Origin: Octopus bimaculoides
Taxonomy: Eukaryota
Direction: 5' to 3'
Assembly (NCBI RefSeq): GCF_001194135.2
Contig: NC_068985.1
Span: 91,458,896-91,496,429 of the forward strand
Length of the DNA stretch: 37,534 nucleotides
In this document: positions 12,949-25,287 of the stretch, piece by piece
Layout of the letters: each line of letters starts with the position of its first letter
How positions within the stretch are numbered: position 1 is the first letter of the stretch
The notes under the pieces: generated by a model
The model's database searches: none
Seen by the model: the letters and a program-made list of their open reading frames with translations, nothing else
What the model was told of the DNA's origin: nothing
Translations under genes and position numbers: made by a program

Positions 12949-14800
12949 AATATTTACAATGTAAGAACTTAGAAGCTTTATTTGTGCGTCAAGAAATTCG
13001 TATAATCAAAGGCTATTAAGATACCTTACCTAACGGGATTAAATCTGCGCCACAGAATAACGATACACCCCCAACATATACGATATACACAAGCAGTGAA
13101 ATGACAGTGAGTAAATATTTAGATGTGTATCCAAGAAAAAAATATTCTAGATTGCATCATTTACAGCTTACTGTATTTTTCATCTCTAAAGTCTTCATAG
13201 TATCTAATTGGTAAAAGAACTTACGACTTTGGCACCTATTGATATTTCAAAATCTTACAAGGAGATGTTTGTGTTTAAGGAAATTTAGGAGGGAAAGATT
13301 TTGTCAGTTTTCTCTGTTCTGTAGTGTTTGTGTGTGGTGGGTTGATTTGAATTGCAATAGTATCCAATCAGCCGCGTGAAATTCAAATCCGTTATGAATT
13401 ACAGGTTGTACTTTTTAATTGAAATCGATGTCTATATTCACAAGTTCCCTATGTTTCTTTCTGTAGCATCAATGGCAACTTGGATGTATTGAACATGGCA
13501 GTTTGCTCAGGTTTTTGTTGGAAATAGCATTAGCATAGAGGCTTTCTCCAACCTTTTTTTAAACACCACGTTCAGCAGCAGGTATATTTCTTTCTTTTTC
13601 AGCGGACAGTTGGGTTATGCACATAGAGAATTTTTTTTTTGTTTGGCCTGGTTTTAGTTACGAACATCCTCGGGGAAAGCCCCAAATTTGCCAGTTGTAT
13701 ATTCAGTACCTTCTCATGTATTGTGTGCCCATCACTACTATTCAGAAAGGTGCTAAATATGTTCACCGAAGGTCTGCTGTTCGTTAGCGCAATCGACAGC
13801 GGAAGTTATTGTGACACTGTTAAGGATAAGAAAAGCCGTATACTCATTGATTTTCTGGAACATGCTTGTATCATGAAGAGCAACTAGGACATTGAGGCAC
13901 TCAAAAATTTCGAAAAGTCTTCAATAGAATGAGTCAGAAAAAATTCAGTAATATGTACACGTTTAGCATGGAAATGCGTGGGTATAAACATCTTTGGCAA
14001 CAAATTCAAGCAATCCCCATATATGTATATTCAATGGCTCTCTAATCTGTGTATAGGCTGAATACATGTTTTAGTGACTCACGACATTCACCTGTTCATT
14101 TCAATGAGATGCAGTATTCGGGATAAAGATTTAACGATGTCATCACACAGACGAAGTGAAACTGAAAGTAAAGTATGAAGTATCGCAGTATGCAACTGAC
14201 TTTCCAAAGATGACCCACAAATGCATTTCTTGCTGGGCTGTACACGTCCACTTCCTATGTTGAACAGCACAATTTTACAAGGAAATATTTACTGTATCAA
14301 CATATGAACTTTGCAAAACCTATATCATTCCAAAAGGATTATGCCTATTCTGGCATTACTTTATATAAACCTTTATGCGTAAGTACGTATGAGTCTAAAA
14401 ATATATATCTCTGACCTTAAGTCTGTATCTACCACCGTTTATCAAACTACCAAGGAATATGTTTATATATATTTAGATAAATTTATATTTAGAGAGCAAA
14501 GCAAATAGTCCATCTGGCAGTGGTGTGACATATGTATCTGTATGTGGAGCTGTCGATCAATAAGTATTTCTGTATATCTATATCTCTGTCTAATTGTCCA
14601 TGTAATTAGCCAACTATCTCCTTGTAAGCGCAGTAACAAATCATTTGTGTGTTTGTATGGATAGGATGTAGATTGACTATATATATAAGTCTGACTGATT
14701 GTCATGTGTAACGATATGCGATACGTATCTGATGTGAGTGTGTAGTAGATAAGCACGAACGAAGAATATACGTATATGTAGGAGTGTTCTGAGGCATATA

Positions 14801-14832
14801 TACATACATATATACGTGTGTGTGTGTATGTA

Positions 14833-14930
<98 letters not shown>
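14801..14930 (+). repeat. Compound (TG)/(TA)/(TATG) microsatellite
   Basis: Read directly. Confidence 0.95.
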
Positions 14931-15748
14931 ATTATATAATATAGATAGCTTAATGCATCTGCGTGTTTGTGTGTATGCGTGTCTGTATGCTAGAACTAGA
15001 GCTAGAACTTGTGCTTAGGTATAAAATATAAATCTATGTTGATCTGTGGATGTACTGTATTAGTGTATGGGCTGTATGTGGTTTAGAATAATTATGGTGG
15101 ATGTCTTGTTCTTCTGAAGGTTAACGATGTTTCAGTCCGTATGTACGTAGAATTTTCCCAATCTCTGTGCGTATCTAAAATTAGTAGAATTACTCGGTTG
15201 TGAATGTTTGATGGTTCAACTTGTATGGATACATAAATGCTTAAGGTTTCTTAATGTTGTATGTAGTATATTAAGGAGGAACAATAAGGTGGGAAGTACT
15301 GATTGCATCCTACCCCATCACACCACAGCCGTCTATATATAATCATGCCAAGAACCTATAATCCTTTAAGGGGTGTTTGTATCCTAGCTCCCTGGTTTAT
15401 ACCACTTTTCAGTGAATACTAAATAGCTTTGATGTCCATATGTGTTTATTGCTATTCAAGATATTTATGATTGAGAGAAAGAAGAAAATTGAGAAATTGA
15501 TGTATAGACATAGTCGATTCAAAGATATTCCACAAGGGTTGACCTACATGTTGGAACGTATAACACCTTTCTGAAAATTCTCCCTTGATGAAATACTCAA
15601 TTAACCAGTTGCAATATGAAAATTTAATTAAATTTCTCTAATATAATTAATTAGATGTGGAAACGAATATAGGGATAATAATTTCATATTATATTGATTC
15701 GAATATCTTTGAATAAACTGATGTCTATACGTCAAGTTCAAAGTTTTC

Positions 15749-16001
15749 NNNNNNNNNNNNNNNNNNNNNNNNNNNNNNNNNNNNNNNNNNNNNNNNNNNN
15801 NNNNNNNNNNNNNNNNNNNNNNNNNNNNNNNNNNNNNNNNNNNNNNNNNNNNNNNNNNNNNNNNNNNNNNNNNNNNNNNNNNNNNNNNNNNNNNNNNNNN
15901 NNNNNNNNNNNNNNNNNNNNNNNNNNNNNNNNNNNNNNNNNNNNNNNNNNNNNNNNNNNNNNNNNNNNNNNNNNNNNNNNNNNNNNNNNNNNNNNNNNNN
16001 N
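15749..16001. other. Assembly gap, probably hiding the 5' half of the adjacent SINE
   Basis: Run of N immediately before the SINE 3' module. Confidence 0.95.
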
Positions 16002-16190
16002 CCCCCAGCATCGCTTGACAACCGATGGTGGTGTGTTCACGTCCCCGTAACTTAGCGTTTCGGCAAAAGAGACCGATAGAATAAGTACTAGGCTTCCAAA
16101 GAATACGTCCTGGGGTCGATTTTCTCGACTACAAGGCGGTGCTCCAGCATGGCCGCAGTCAAATGACTGAAACAAGTAAAAAAAAAAAAA
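16002..16190 (+). mobile_element. SINE family A, 3' module and tail (well preserved)
   Basis: Reverse complement of 1707-1830 (CATCGCTTGACAACCGAT...CCGATAGAATAAGTACTAGGC...CTGGGGTCGATT) plus tail GGCGGTGCTCCAGCATGGCCGCAGTCAAATGACTGAAAC and poly(A). Confidence 0.92.
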
Positions 16191-19031
16191 GAATATATAT
16201 ATATGTATAATGTATGTATATTTTAAAAACAAGACAGAAGACGGAATATATGAGAATATCTTATCAATCACAACAATTGTTTCGACACATCTAGCATCGA
16301 TTCCTCTTGTGGGACACTCAACAACTGGTTCAGGGGTATCCGGTGGTGCAGACGTATGTGATAAATAAATAAAAATCTCGTTAAAATAACTGTTCCACAA
16401 TGCAAATTTCTGTTTTGTAGACAGAAAAACAGCGAGACGGAGGAGAATTCTTCATATATATAGAAGATCCGAAATTAAAATTGCAGAAGACAAAAAGAGA
16501 AACGGACACTTAATCCAGCGAGAAAAGTATTGAAAATAACCGTTAACAGATATGGATGTATAAACGCCTTCGGGCAAGCTGCATGGCGCGACCACACACA
16601 CTCATACAAGCATTAGCAAAACTGTGAGCATACGCACAGGCGAGCTTAGGTGCACTCATGGTTACAAAGTGAGTTAGATATTTAGAAGGTGTTTAGAAGA
16701 ACGGGGAGGTTAAAAGCAAAATTAAGACACCCATATCTTAAAGTAAAATAAAATCACACTAAGCTAACGGTTACTCAAATGTATATACATGACTGTATAA
16801 CCAGTCGCACAACGAGTTTAGTGTATTAAATTCCATTTCTGGGTTTCTTACACATTGAAGAGAGTATCTGCAAAATTTCGGATTATATCCATATTTATTA
16901 CAATTGTTTCTCACAAAGAATACCACAGCTCACAATATTTTCAAATCTCAGTCTTTGATGGTTTTATAACAAAATTTTCCACACACTTCTCACTACAACA
17001 AGGAAATCCTGTTTCGGATGCGTCTGTGTTCTGGGACTGAAAATAACGGCTACTTTTGCATAAATACACTCCAAAAGACAACGGTCTCTACTTCCATATT
17101 GCTGTATGTCAGAGTGTTGCTTTGTGAAGCTTACAGAAATATTCATTCCCGAGAAAGCGCAGTATTAGATGAAGAAATAATGCGTTGTACTGTTATTGCC
17201 AGATATAGCTGAAAAAAATGCATATAACACAAAAACTTGAAATGTGGTAACAGTATTATCGACAGGGTTGCTGTGAGGAACGAGAATTGATGTGATATCT
17301 TTTTAAACGGACATATATTATATATGTCCGCTGGTAACATTCGCTGAGATGTGACGTGCCTCTTCACGATATCGCTGAAAACAGGCATTTAAAACCGTAA
17401 ATCATATGTTCTCTGGTCGAAACTAGATTATCAGTGAAAAAGATATGACGTAGGAGAGGGAAATAATGCTAGTAAAATTATCGATGTATTAGCCATAAAA
17501 TGCTTGATCAGATGCAATGAAATGAATGAAGATGTATATATATATGCCTCGACGTAACCGTCAAAATCTGACTTGTAAATTTCACTGTGAAGAGAGACAA
17601 TCCTTTGTATGTCAGTCTAAGAAATGCTTGACAATTTCGAAGAGAATAGGTAGGTTTAGACTGAAATATAAGACGAGAGCCCAGCAAGGATATGAGGGCA
17701 GGAAGACCATGTGAATGGATTTAATATTTAAACACAAAAGGAACAAGAAGTTGGAAGGATGAAGGATGGTCTGCAGAGTGAAATAGTAAGTAAGGTTTAT
17801 GAATGTGTGCCACAATTAAGGATAAGGATATCCAATCGAGTTATTTTGAAATTGGTGAGCTAGTTGTGTTTGCATATTTGGGAAGGACATAACTGATGGG
17901 AGAGGTGATATGGAAGGTAAGGTGAAGGCCATCAGATGGGAGGAAGAGGTGAAAGTAACGAGATTATCAATAGAAGTGGCGCCAAAAATAATTGGTGTAC
18001 GCAGAACAAAGTCTTCTTCATTGGTGTCAAGATTCTTGTCTGCGAAGTTCAGTCCTTCACACAGATGTTGCACCAATTTGCCAGCTGGTTCAATCAGATT
18101 TTCATCCCGGCGTCAGATTGTGATACACCAGAAACATTCTAACAATATGGCCGATTGTGTAAGTTGTATTTATTCCACTTTGGTGATGTATCAGAAAATA
18201 ACTTATTTTGTTGTATCTACCCCAACGTTCATGCAATAAATTAAATCTATGCTTGTCAATAGAAGTAACGTCTGCGTATTTTTTAGAGTGTGTTTATGAT
18301 GTTGACGATCAACAAGATTTTTAGAGTGTCTGAAGTGTCTAAGATTAATGCATGTGATGTGTATGTGCTATATGTATTTCTGCAATGCTTTGGAGAGTTG
18401 GAGAATGATAATGATTGCGTGCTTTGTGTGTATTTGCATGTGACCGGGTGTCAAGTATAAATGTTTGTACCGTGGTTAAGTGGCAGGATATCTTTATCTT
18501 TGTGTTATTGTATTTGTGTCTTATTTGTAAAGCTATGCTTTAGCGATTATCCCTCTGCGTGTGTGAGTTGTGATAAATGTATGCTGTGCATGGGGGCATA
18601 CCTTTTTGCATGCGTGTGTCCAATGGTGTGTGTGTGTGTGTATGTTTGTGTTTGCGTGTGTATGAGTTGTATGATAGAATTCACCTGTGTGTCTGCGAAG
18701 ATAAATGATAAATAAGAAGTAAATATTAGAAATATGTAATAACATGCAAGTACACTTTGCTATGAACATATGTATGAAGGGATGGCCAAAATCATTAGCG
18801 TAAACGAAATGTATATTTGCTGTACTCGATAAGGCTAATTTCCCTCTCGTACAACATTAGTACACAAAAAAGATATGAAGCTCTCCTTTCTTTAGCAGTG
18901 ATGTTTTAGTAGTTGATACCATAACACTTGCCAAACGCTATTCCATATCAAAAGATTATTTATGTTGTTTGGCAATCTGTTGATTTGATGATAAAATCTA
19001 TTTATAAGTTTTTTTTCCATAACATATTGTT

Positions 19032-19084
19032 AATGAAAATTAATTTAGTTTTATTCAATGAAAATTAATTTAGTTTTATTCAAT
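19032..19084 (+). repeat. Perfect 25-bp tandem duplication (AATGAAAATTAATTTAGTTTTATTC x2)
   Basis: Units at 19032-19056 and 19057-19081, plus AAT. Read directly. Confidence 0.95.
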
Positions 19085-19102
19085 AAACACTAATATCTGT
19101 AG

Positions 19103-19104
<2 letters not shown>

Positions 19105-19158
<54 letters not shown>

Positions 19159-19863
19159 NNNNNNNNNNNNNNNNNNNNNNNNNNNNNNNNNNNNNNNNNN
19201 NNNNNNNNNNNNNNNNNNNNNNNNNNNNNNNNNNNNNNNNNNNNNNNNNNNNNNNNNNNNNNNNNNNNNNNNNNNNNNNNNNNNNNNNNNNNNNNNNNNN
19301 NNNNNNNNNNNNNNNNNNNNNNNNNNNNNNNNNNNNNNNNNNNNNNNNNNNNNNNNNNNNNNNNNNNNNNNNNNNNNNNNNNNNNNNNNNNNNNNNNNNN
19401 NNNNNNNNNNNNNNNNNNNNNNNNNNNNNNNNNNNNNNNNNNNNNNNNNNNNNNNNNNNNNNNNNNNNNNNNNNNNNNNNNNNNNNNNNNNNNNNNNNNN
19501 NNNNNNNNNNNNNNNNNNNNNNNNNNNNNNNNNNNNNNNNNNNNNNNNNNNNNNNNNNNNNNNNNNNNNNNNNNNNNNNNNNNNNNNNNNNNNNNNNNNN
19601 NNNNNNNNNNNNNNNNNNNNNNNNNNNNNNNNNNNNNNNNNNNNNNNNNNNNNNNNNNNNNNNNNNNNNNNNNNNNNNNNNNNNNNNNNNNNNNNNNNNN
19701 NNNNNNNNNNNNNNNNNNNNNNNNNNNNNNNNNNNNNNNNNNNNNNNNNNNNNNNNNNNNNNNNNNNNNNNNNNNNNNNNNNNNNNNNNNNNNNNNNNNN
19801 NNNNNNNNNNNNNNNNNNNNNNNNNNNNNNNNNNNNNNNNNNNNNNNNNNNNNNNNNNNNNNN

Positions 19864-19898
<35 letters not shown>

Positions 19899-19980
19899 CT
19901 GTATGTGTGTATGTGTGTATAGATATATGAATATATATAGATATGCACATACACACACACACACACACACACCCACACAT
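19105..19980. repeat. (CA)n - gap (19159-19863) - (TA)/(TG)/(CA) microsatellite block
   Basis: Read directly. Confidence 0.95.
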
Positions 19981-19985
19981 AATAA

Positions 19986-20073
19986 TAAAATAGGACAAGG
20001 TAGAAAATGCTAAAATAATTTCATCACGAAGAACATTTTAGTGCCGGTTTCAGTCTTTGGGCCTTTTTCATAA
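19986..20073. mobile_element. Dispersed ~88-bp repeat, copy 1 (possible Penelope-like element terminus)
   Basis: Aligns by eye at roughly 85% identity with 22733-22820. Both copies directly follow a CA/TA microsatellite. The family assignment is inference. Confidence 0.6.
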
Positions 20074-21521
20074 ATGTCCATATACAGTATTTGAGGAAGC
20101 CCTATGAAGTTTCCATCGAAAGCTTTATATAAAATAATTGATATATTTCAAAGATTAAATTTTATCAATGCGAATTATTCTTATAGAATAATATATTTTT
20201 CTGCAAAGTTTATTGACACTGGTACTACACAACTCATAAATTTTGTTCCAAAATATTCGCAATTGTAAAGCAATATTTATATTACATATGTTAATAATAT
20301 CGTCCTAATGTTTATATAGAACATCTTTTACCGTTTAATCTTGATTTAATGCTTTATACACACCATTGAAATATTAGTCAATCATCTTGCCTTTTATTTT
20401 TTGCTAGATTTAATAATCTTGTTTCCTTTTAAACCTGATCATTTTAAAAAGAAATATGTTTCGGAAGATTCAGTTTATTTGATATCAAAAATTAATATTT
20501 GTTTTGATGGTCATAAATGAGATTAAATGAGGTGTTTTCAGAAAATATTAACGACTTCGTATCTTTACTAAGCTTCATTGTACCGAGTTCAATAATTAAT
20601 TATTTATGGATAGATTTAATGACAATCAGATAACCGCAATTAAAGCTGCTTACACAATGGATTTTGAAAGTGAGGCAAGGTTTATGTATTTATTATGTAC
20701 GTTTATTAATAAAGATTACAATTTCAGTTATTTTAATGTGTTAATTCTTTTTTCCTTTGAATTTTAGCATACGGAAAGCTTTAGCGCAAAAATTTAGGGA
20801 TTGAAATACATATATTGCACTCACATGGTCCAATATTTAAGAGAAAGTGAAGCATACATATTATGTTCTATCATTTATATATCTTCTTATTCAAATAATT
20901 ATTAGAAATAAATAAACATTCTTAACACAGTTGAAGCTTTTATTTGAAAGATTGCCGAAAATACATATACCCCAAAGAGTGTGTAAATATGCGTGAGTGA
21001 GTGTGTGTGCGTGTGTGTATGTGTGTGAATGTACATATGTATATAGGTATCATTGCATGTATGTCTTTTCTTTATGCATGTATGTATGTACAGCCACACA
21101 GACACTTGTATATATATGCATATATGTATTATTGTTTCATCTGAAAATAATGGATATGCAGCAGCCATTGTACAATGATCGGTGCTGAAATTATCACAAC
21201 TCATTCTAGGGTTATGAAATTACATTTGGTATCTTAGGAGACAGTTTGTTTCATTTCAATTTAATTACATCTAAATTAACGCTTTAATGTTGGAGTGTAA
21301 CATTAAATGGAAGCCACCAGTGGAATCACATTTTTGTTATTACTTCATCGTTTGCGGTATATGATACTGTCATATTCGGTATCGATGGCAAGAAAACTTC
21401 TTGCTGTTTCTCCATGCAAATTAAAATGTCATTTATAGAAAGAGATTTCAGATGTAAATAACTGCAATATAATACTGACACAAATACTTAATTAGTGGCA
21501 ATTACTTATTTAGGAACCTCC

Positions 21522-21525
<4 letters not shown>

Positions 21526-21580
<55 letters not shown>
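21526..21580 (+). repeat. (TA)n microsatellite at the 3' end of a family A SINE
   Basis: Read directly. Confidence 0.96.
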
Positions 21581-21581
<1 letters not shown>

Positions 21582-21810
21582 TTCAGTCATTGGAGAGCTG
21601 CCAGGGTGGGATGTAGTCAGAAATTCTACCACACCTAGTAATTATTTTAAAGTTTGCTGCTTACTCTATCGTGTCCTGTACCGAATCGTTGTTTTAAAGA
21701 CACATAAATGTAATAACGCCGTTTGTTAAGCGGTTGGCGGACGGACACATGCGTATAATGGCACGCACACAACGAAGATTCCGCAGTTTCCATCGACGAA
21801 ATTCACTGAC
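21581..21810 (-). mobile_element. SINE family A, old and 5'-truncated copy
   Basis: TTTCAGTCATTGG (tail), TTACTCTATCGTGTC, TTGTTAAGCGGTTGG and CAGTTTCCATCGACGAAATTCACT are collinear with the other family A copies. Confidence 0.65.
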
Positions 21811-22732
21811 ATCAATGTTCTCATTTTGTTATGCAGCTGGTTCCGTCGTAAGATATTTAATGGACGACTCATTAAAATGCCAATTTAAATTAATCATGCT
21901 TTGACAAAATATATCGAACATATTTCACCAATAATATCTGGTGATGAAGGAGACAAAAATATAATTGTCATCAATGAGTAGACGAGATCCGAGAAGCGTC
22001 TCAAAATGTAATATCCATTAAATGCATCAGATCAATTGAGATTATCTATGTAATTGGCAGACTAATTCTCCCTTTGAGACTCGGGAACGTTAAAGAAAAA
22101 CGAACGAGGAAAGTATTTTCATTAAAACGAATTCATTTAATGATTTTCTGTTTCATGTTAGAAATATAGACGGTATCGCTCTATGATCGTATCTATAATG
22201 TATTGGTGTAGAACAAAAGCGGACTCTCGTTTTTTTAAGACATACACATTGACGCCTATACTCCTTTTTTGCGGTGATTAACAATGGTTGATGTATTATG
22301 AGGAAATGATTTGAGGTTCTTAAAAAATATAAACTGATGGGAAACACCTCAGGGGAATATTCTACATATTAATTTCCAGTACGTTTAGTTTCTTACACAG
22401 GGAATACAGAGAGAATAAAAGCGTTTATTCATAGTTTTTACGCAAATAGTTATTGGATAAAAATGCCTTTATTCCAAAATAGAGCACTTTTCATTCGTAG
22501 TTTTTCATCTAAATATTTCCGCCGACTCACTCCCGAAAATCATTGATAAGCAATATTCTTTAGCCGATAACAGAGGCATCTTACGTTATTGAATTAGGGT
22601 TTTGTAGCTATTAATATTTGTGTGCACAGAAGAGTGTCTATATTCATTTGTGTCGCTGCCTCTGCATACGATAGTACCCGCATACACACACACACACACA
22701 CATATTTATATATATATATATATATAAATAAG

Positions 22733-22820
22733 TAAAATAGAACAAGGTAGGAAATGCTAAAAATAATTTATTAGGAAGACCATTTTAGTACCGGTCTCAG
22801 TCTTTGCGCCTTTTTCATAA
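22733..22820. mobile_element. Dispersed ~88-bp repeat, copy 2 (possible Penelope-like element terminus)
   Basis: Homologous to 19986-20073, same orientation, preceded by (CA)n(TA)n at 22681-22725. Confidence 0.6.
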
Positions 22821-22890
22821 AAAAAATAATAAATTGAGGAAAAATGTATTGCTACCAAGTCTTCCATCATAAGAAGAATCTAAATAATTA

Positions 22891-23018
22891 GGCGCAGGAA
22901 TGACTGTGTGGTAAAGAGCATGCTTACCGACCAAATTGTTCCGAGTTCAATCCCACTGCGTAGCACCTTAGGTAGACGAAAACTGAAAGAAGCCCGTCGT
23001 ATATGCGTGAGTGTGTGC
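22891..23018 (+). mobile_element. SINE family A, 5' module only, with ~54-bp internal deletion
   Basis: GGCGCAGG start, A-box-like TGACTGTGTGG, B-box GAGTTCAATCC, then GCACCTTAG joined directly to GTAGACGAAAACTGAAAGAAGCCCGTCG. Confidence 0.88.
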
Positions 23019-25065
23019 AAAAGTGAAATGTATGTCATTGTATTAAGAAATGTTTTTTTATATGTTGTAGGAGAAAATAAATCATAATATTCAGACTACT
23101 TTTGTAATTTGCGAGCACTGACCAACAACTCTTATATGGAAGCACTGTAAGTTTCCTTATTACAATATGTTTTTGATTACCCATGATATTAAACATTCCA
23201 AATAATTGGAGACGAAGGGAGATGACATAATCTGAATATGTTGATATGGTTTCACAGTTTAGTTCAAAGACTCACACGCATAGCTATTACAACGTGATTT
23301 ATGCATCGTCTATAATATTAGATGTTGAGTTAACCGAATTTCCATCGTGTCGTGTTGTTACATCTTATGTACTTTCAACGTCTAAAATGTTGTTATATCC
23401 TGGTGTCGAAAACATTCTGTATGTAATAATTTCAGAGTCCACTCAGCCATGTTAGTGATAATACAGACTGTAGAATTACGATATTAGCGGATCAAACAAC
23501 CTCTCAGAAACCACGAGGAACTGATTTCGATTCTGGAGGCTCGGCAAACACCTTTTCACTTTTAAAGTGCTGGCGGATCTAGAGTAAAGAACTATTGAAG
23601 TTTAGGTTATCTTCTGAAGAATTGATCAACTGGGTAATTGAATATTATGCTTCGTTGTCATAGACACAGTAGAACGGGTGAGAGGGAGAGATGGGGATCG
23701 AGAAAGTGAGAGTGAGACAGAGGGGGAGCGAGAGAAAGAAAGAGTGAGAGAGAACACGAAATACTTTAGACTTGGAGTGTAATACATGTTAATGCCAGCA
23801 GTCCCAGCGGTCTAAATCGATGTTACAATCATGATGGCAGCTATTCTATTAGCATTAAATCAATACTGCTTCCTAGGAATTGCATGAATATCGCAACTTC
23901 TAATTCCCCATATAATATCTGAGATATTTTGACCGTGTAAAAAAAAAAAATCGATATTTTGATCCTAGTAATTTAGTGCAGTGGATTAAACAAAGGGTAT
24001 ATGTAAATATATTAATAGGATGCCGAATTTCCGCACTGTTGTACAGAATGAAAATTTTTTTCTGTAATATCACTTAAGAAGAGCTAGCTTTTAAAGGAAG
24101 TTAAGTGTATTAACCTCTTATCTTTGTTGCAGGATTCCCAAGGATTTTCATGGATTGAATAACTTTCTCCATAAAGGCATTTTCTTTGTTCATCGTAAGG
24201 AATATGATTGCAAATATTTTCAATCGTTAAACTGTCAAACGTTTCTATATCACTTGATAAATATGCAACCCTGCTGTATTGCCAGGCTACCATTTAGTGA
24301 CACATGAAACAATAAGAAAGATTTCAAAGGTGAGGCTTGCGTGTTTTTTCATAATAAGTATACATTTTAGGTAACCCTAAAGCGCATTTATACAAATCTC
24401 TTTAAGAATACTAAAAGCAGTTTTTCTTATATCAAACGGCTTCTTCTAATCGAATTATTTCATGCAGGAAGATGTATTTTAAAGACAGAAAATGTTACTA
24501 CACATGACAGTTGAATACATCATTCATTATAAAACAAAACAAAGTTTATTTTGTATCATGTTATGTAGTAAAGATTGAATTCTCCGATATCTTTCTATTG
24601 TATTCACGATAAATAAACCATTGATATTATGTATAAGGAAATAATTATATTATCATAGTATAATTACAGCAAACTAATTATTCTACTTCTAATAAATCAG
24701 CACTGAACAAATCGGTTACATAGAATTATCTGTGTTAAATACTTGCCATCTGATATTTTTTTTATTTCCTGTCTTTTAACATATTCCATTTGCTGTTAAA
24801 ATTTCTAATACAGCAAATATAATTTTCAATTGGAATTCGAATATTCATTTTGCAGCTCCCATGCCTTGTCATTCTCTAAAATTCTAATATTCCATAAGTC
24901 GTGTCATGATTCTATAGATCTGTTTTATTTCTTGTAAGCCTGATATTTTCTGAGTCCCACTGATTTTAGTAAGCTACATTATATGAGTTAAGTGCCATCT
25001 TGAAAACGAAACCCAAATTTTCATTTCCTTTTATATATCATATTCATCAATACAATCATCAATAA

Positions 25066-25287
25066 GAAGGTAGCGAGCTGGCAGAAACGTTAGCACGCTG
25101 GACGAAATACTTACCGGTATTTCGTCTGTCTTTACGTTCTCAGTTCAAATTCCGCCGACGTCGACTTATCCTTTCTTCCTTCCGAAGTCGATAAATTAAG
25201 TACCAGTTGCGTGCTTGGGTCGTTATAATTGACTTGAACCTCCACAAAAATGTTGGGCCTCGCGCCTAGAGTAGAAAAGTATTATTA
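25066..25287 (+). mobile_element. tRNA-derived SINE, family B (Nin/Deu-like central domain, tentative)
   Basis: A-box-like TGGCAGAAACGT, B-box AGTTCAAATTCC, central CCTTTCTTCCTTCCGAAGTCGATAAATTAAGTACCAG, and a (TAT)n-type end. A second degraded copy lies at 36680-36797. Confidence 0.8.

Noticed and set aside
13440-14300. Higher-complexity block with long stop-poor frames and a 70-bp minus-strand exon-like segment (SLRLCDDIVKSLSRILHLIEMNR)
   Set aside because: No domain recognised in any frame. It could be a decayed transposase, but I cannot support a call.
17816-18239. Overlapping ORFs on both strands; LNQLANWC resembles a late RT motif
   Set aside because: A single short motif with no flanking RT motifs.
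23071-23146. Plus-strand segment with good acceptor and GTAAGT donor
   Set aside because: Stops in all three frames. It could only be a non-coding exon, which cannot be tested from sequence.
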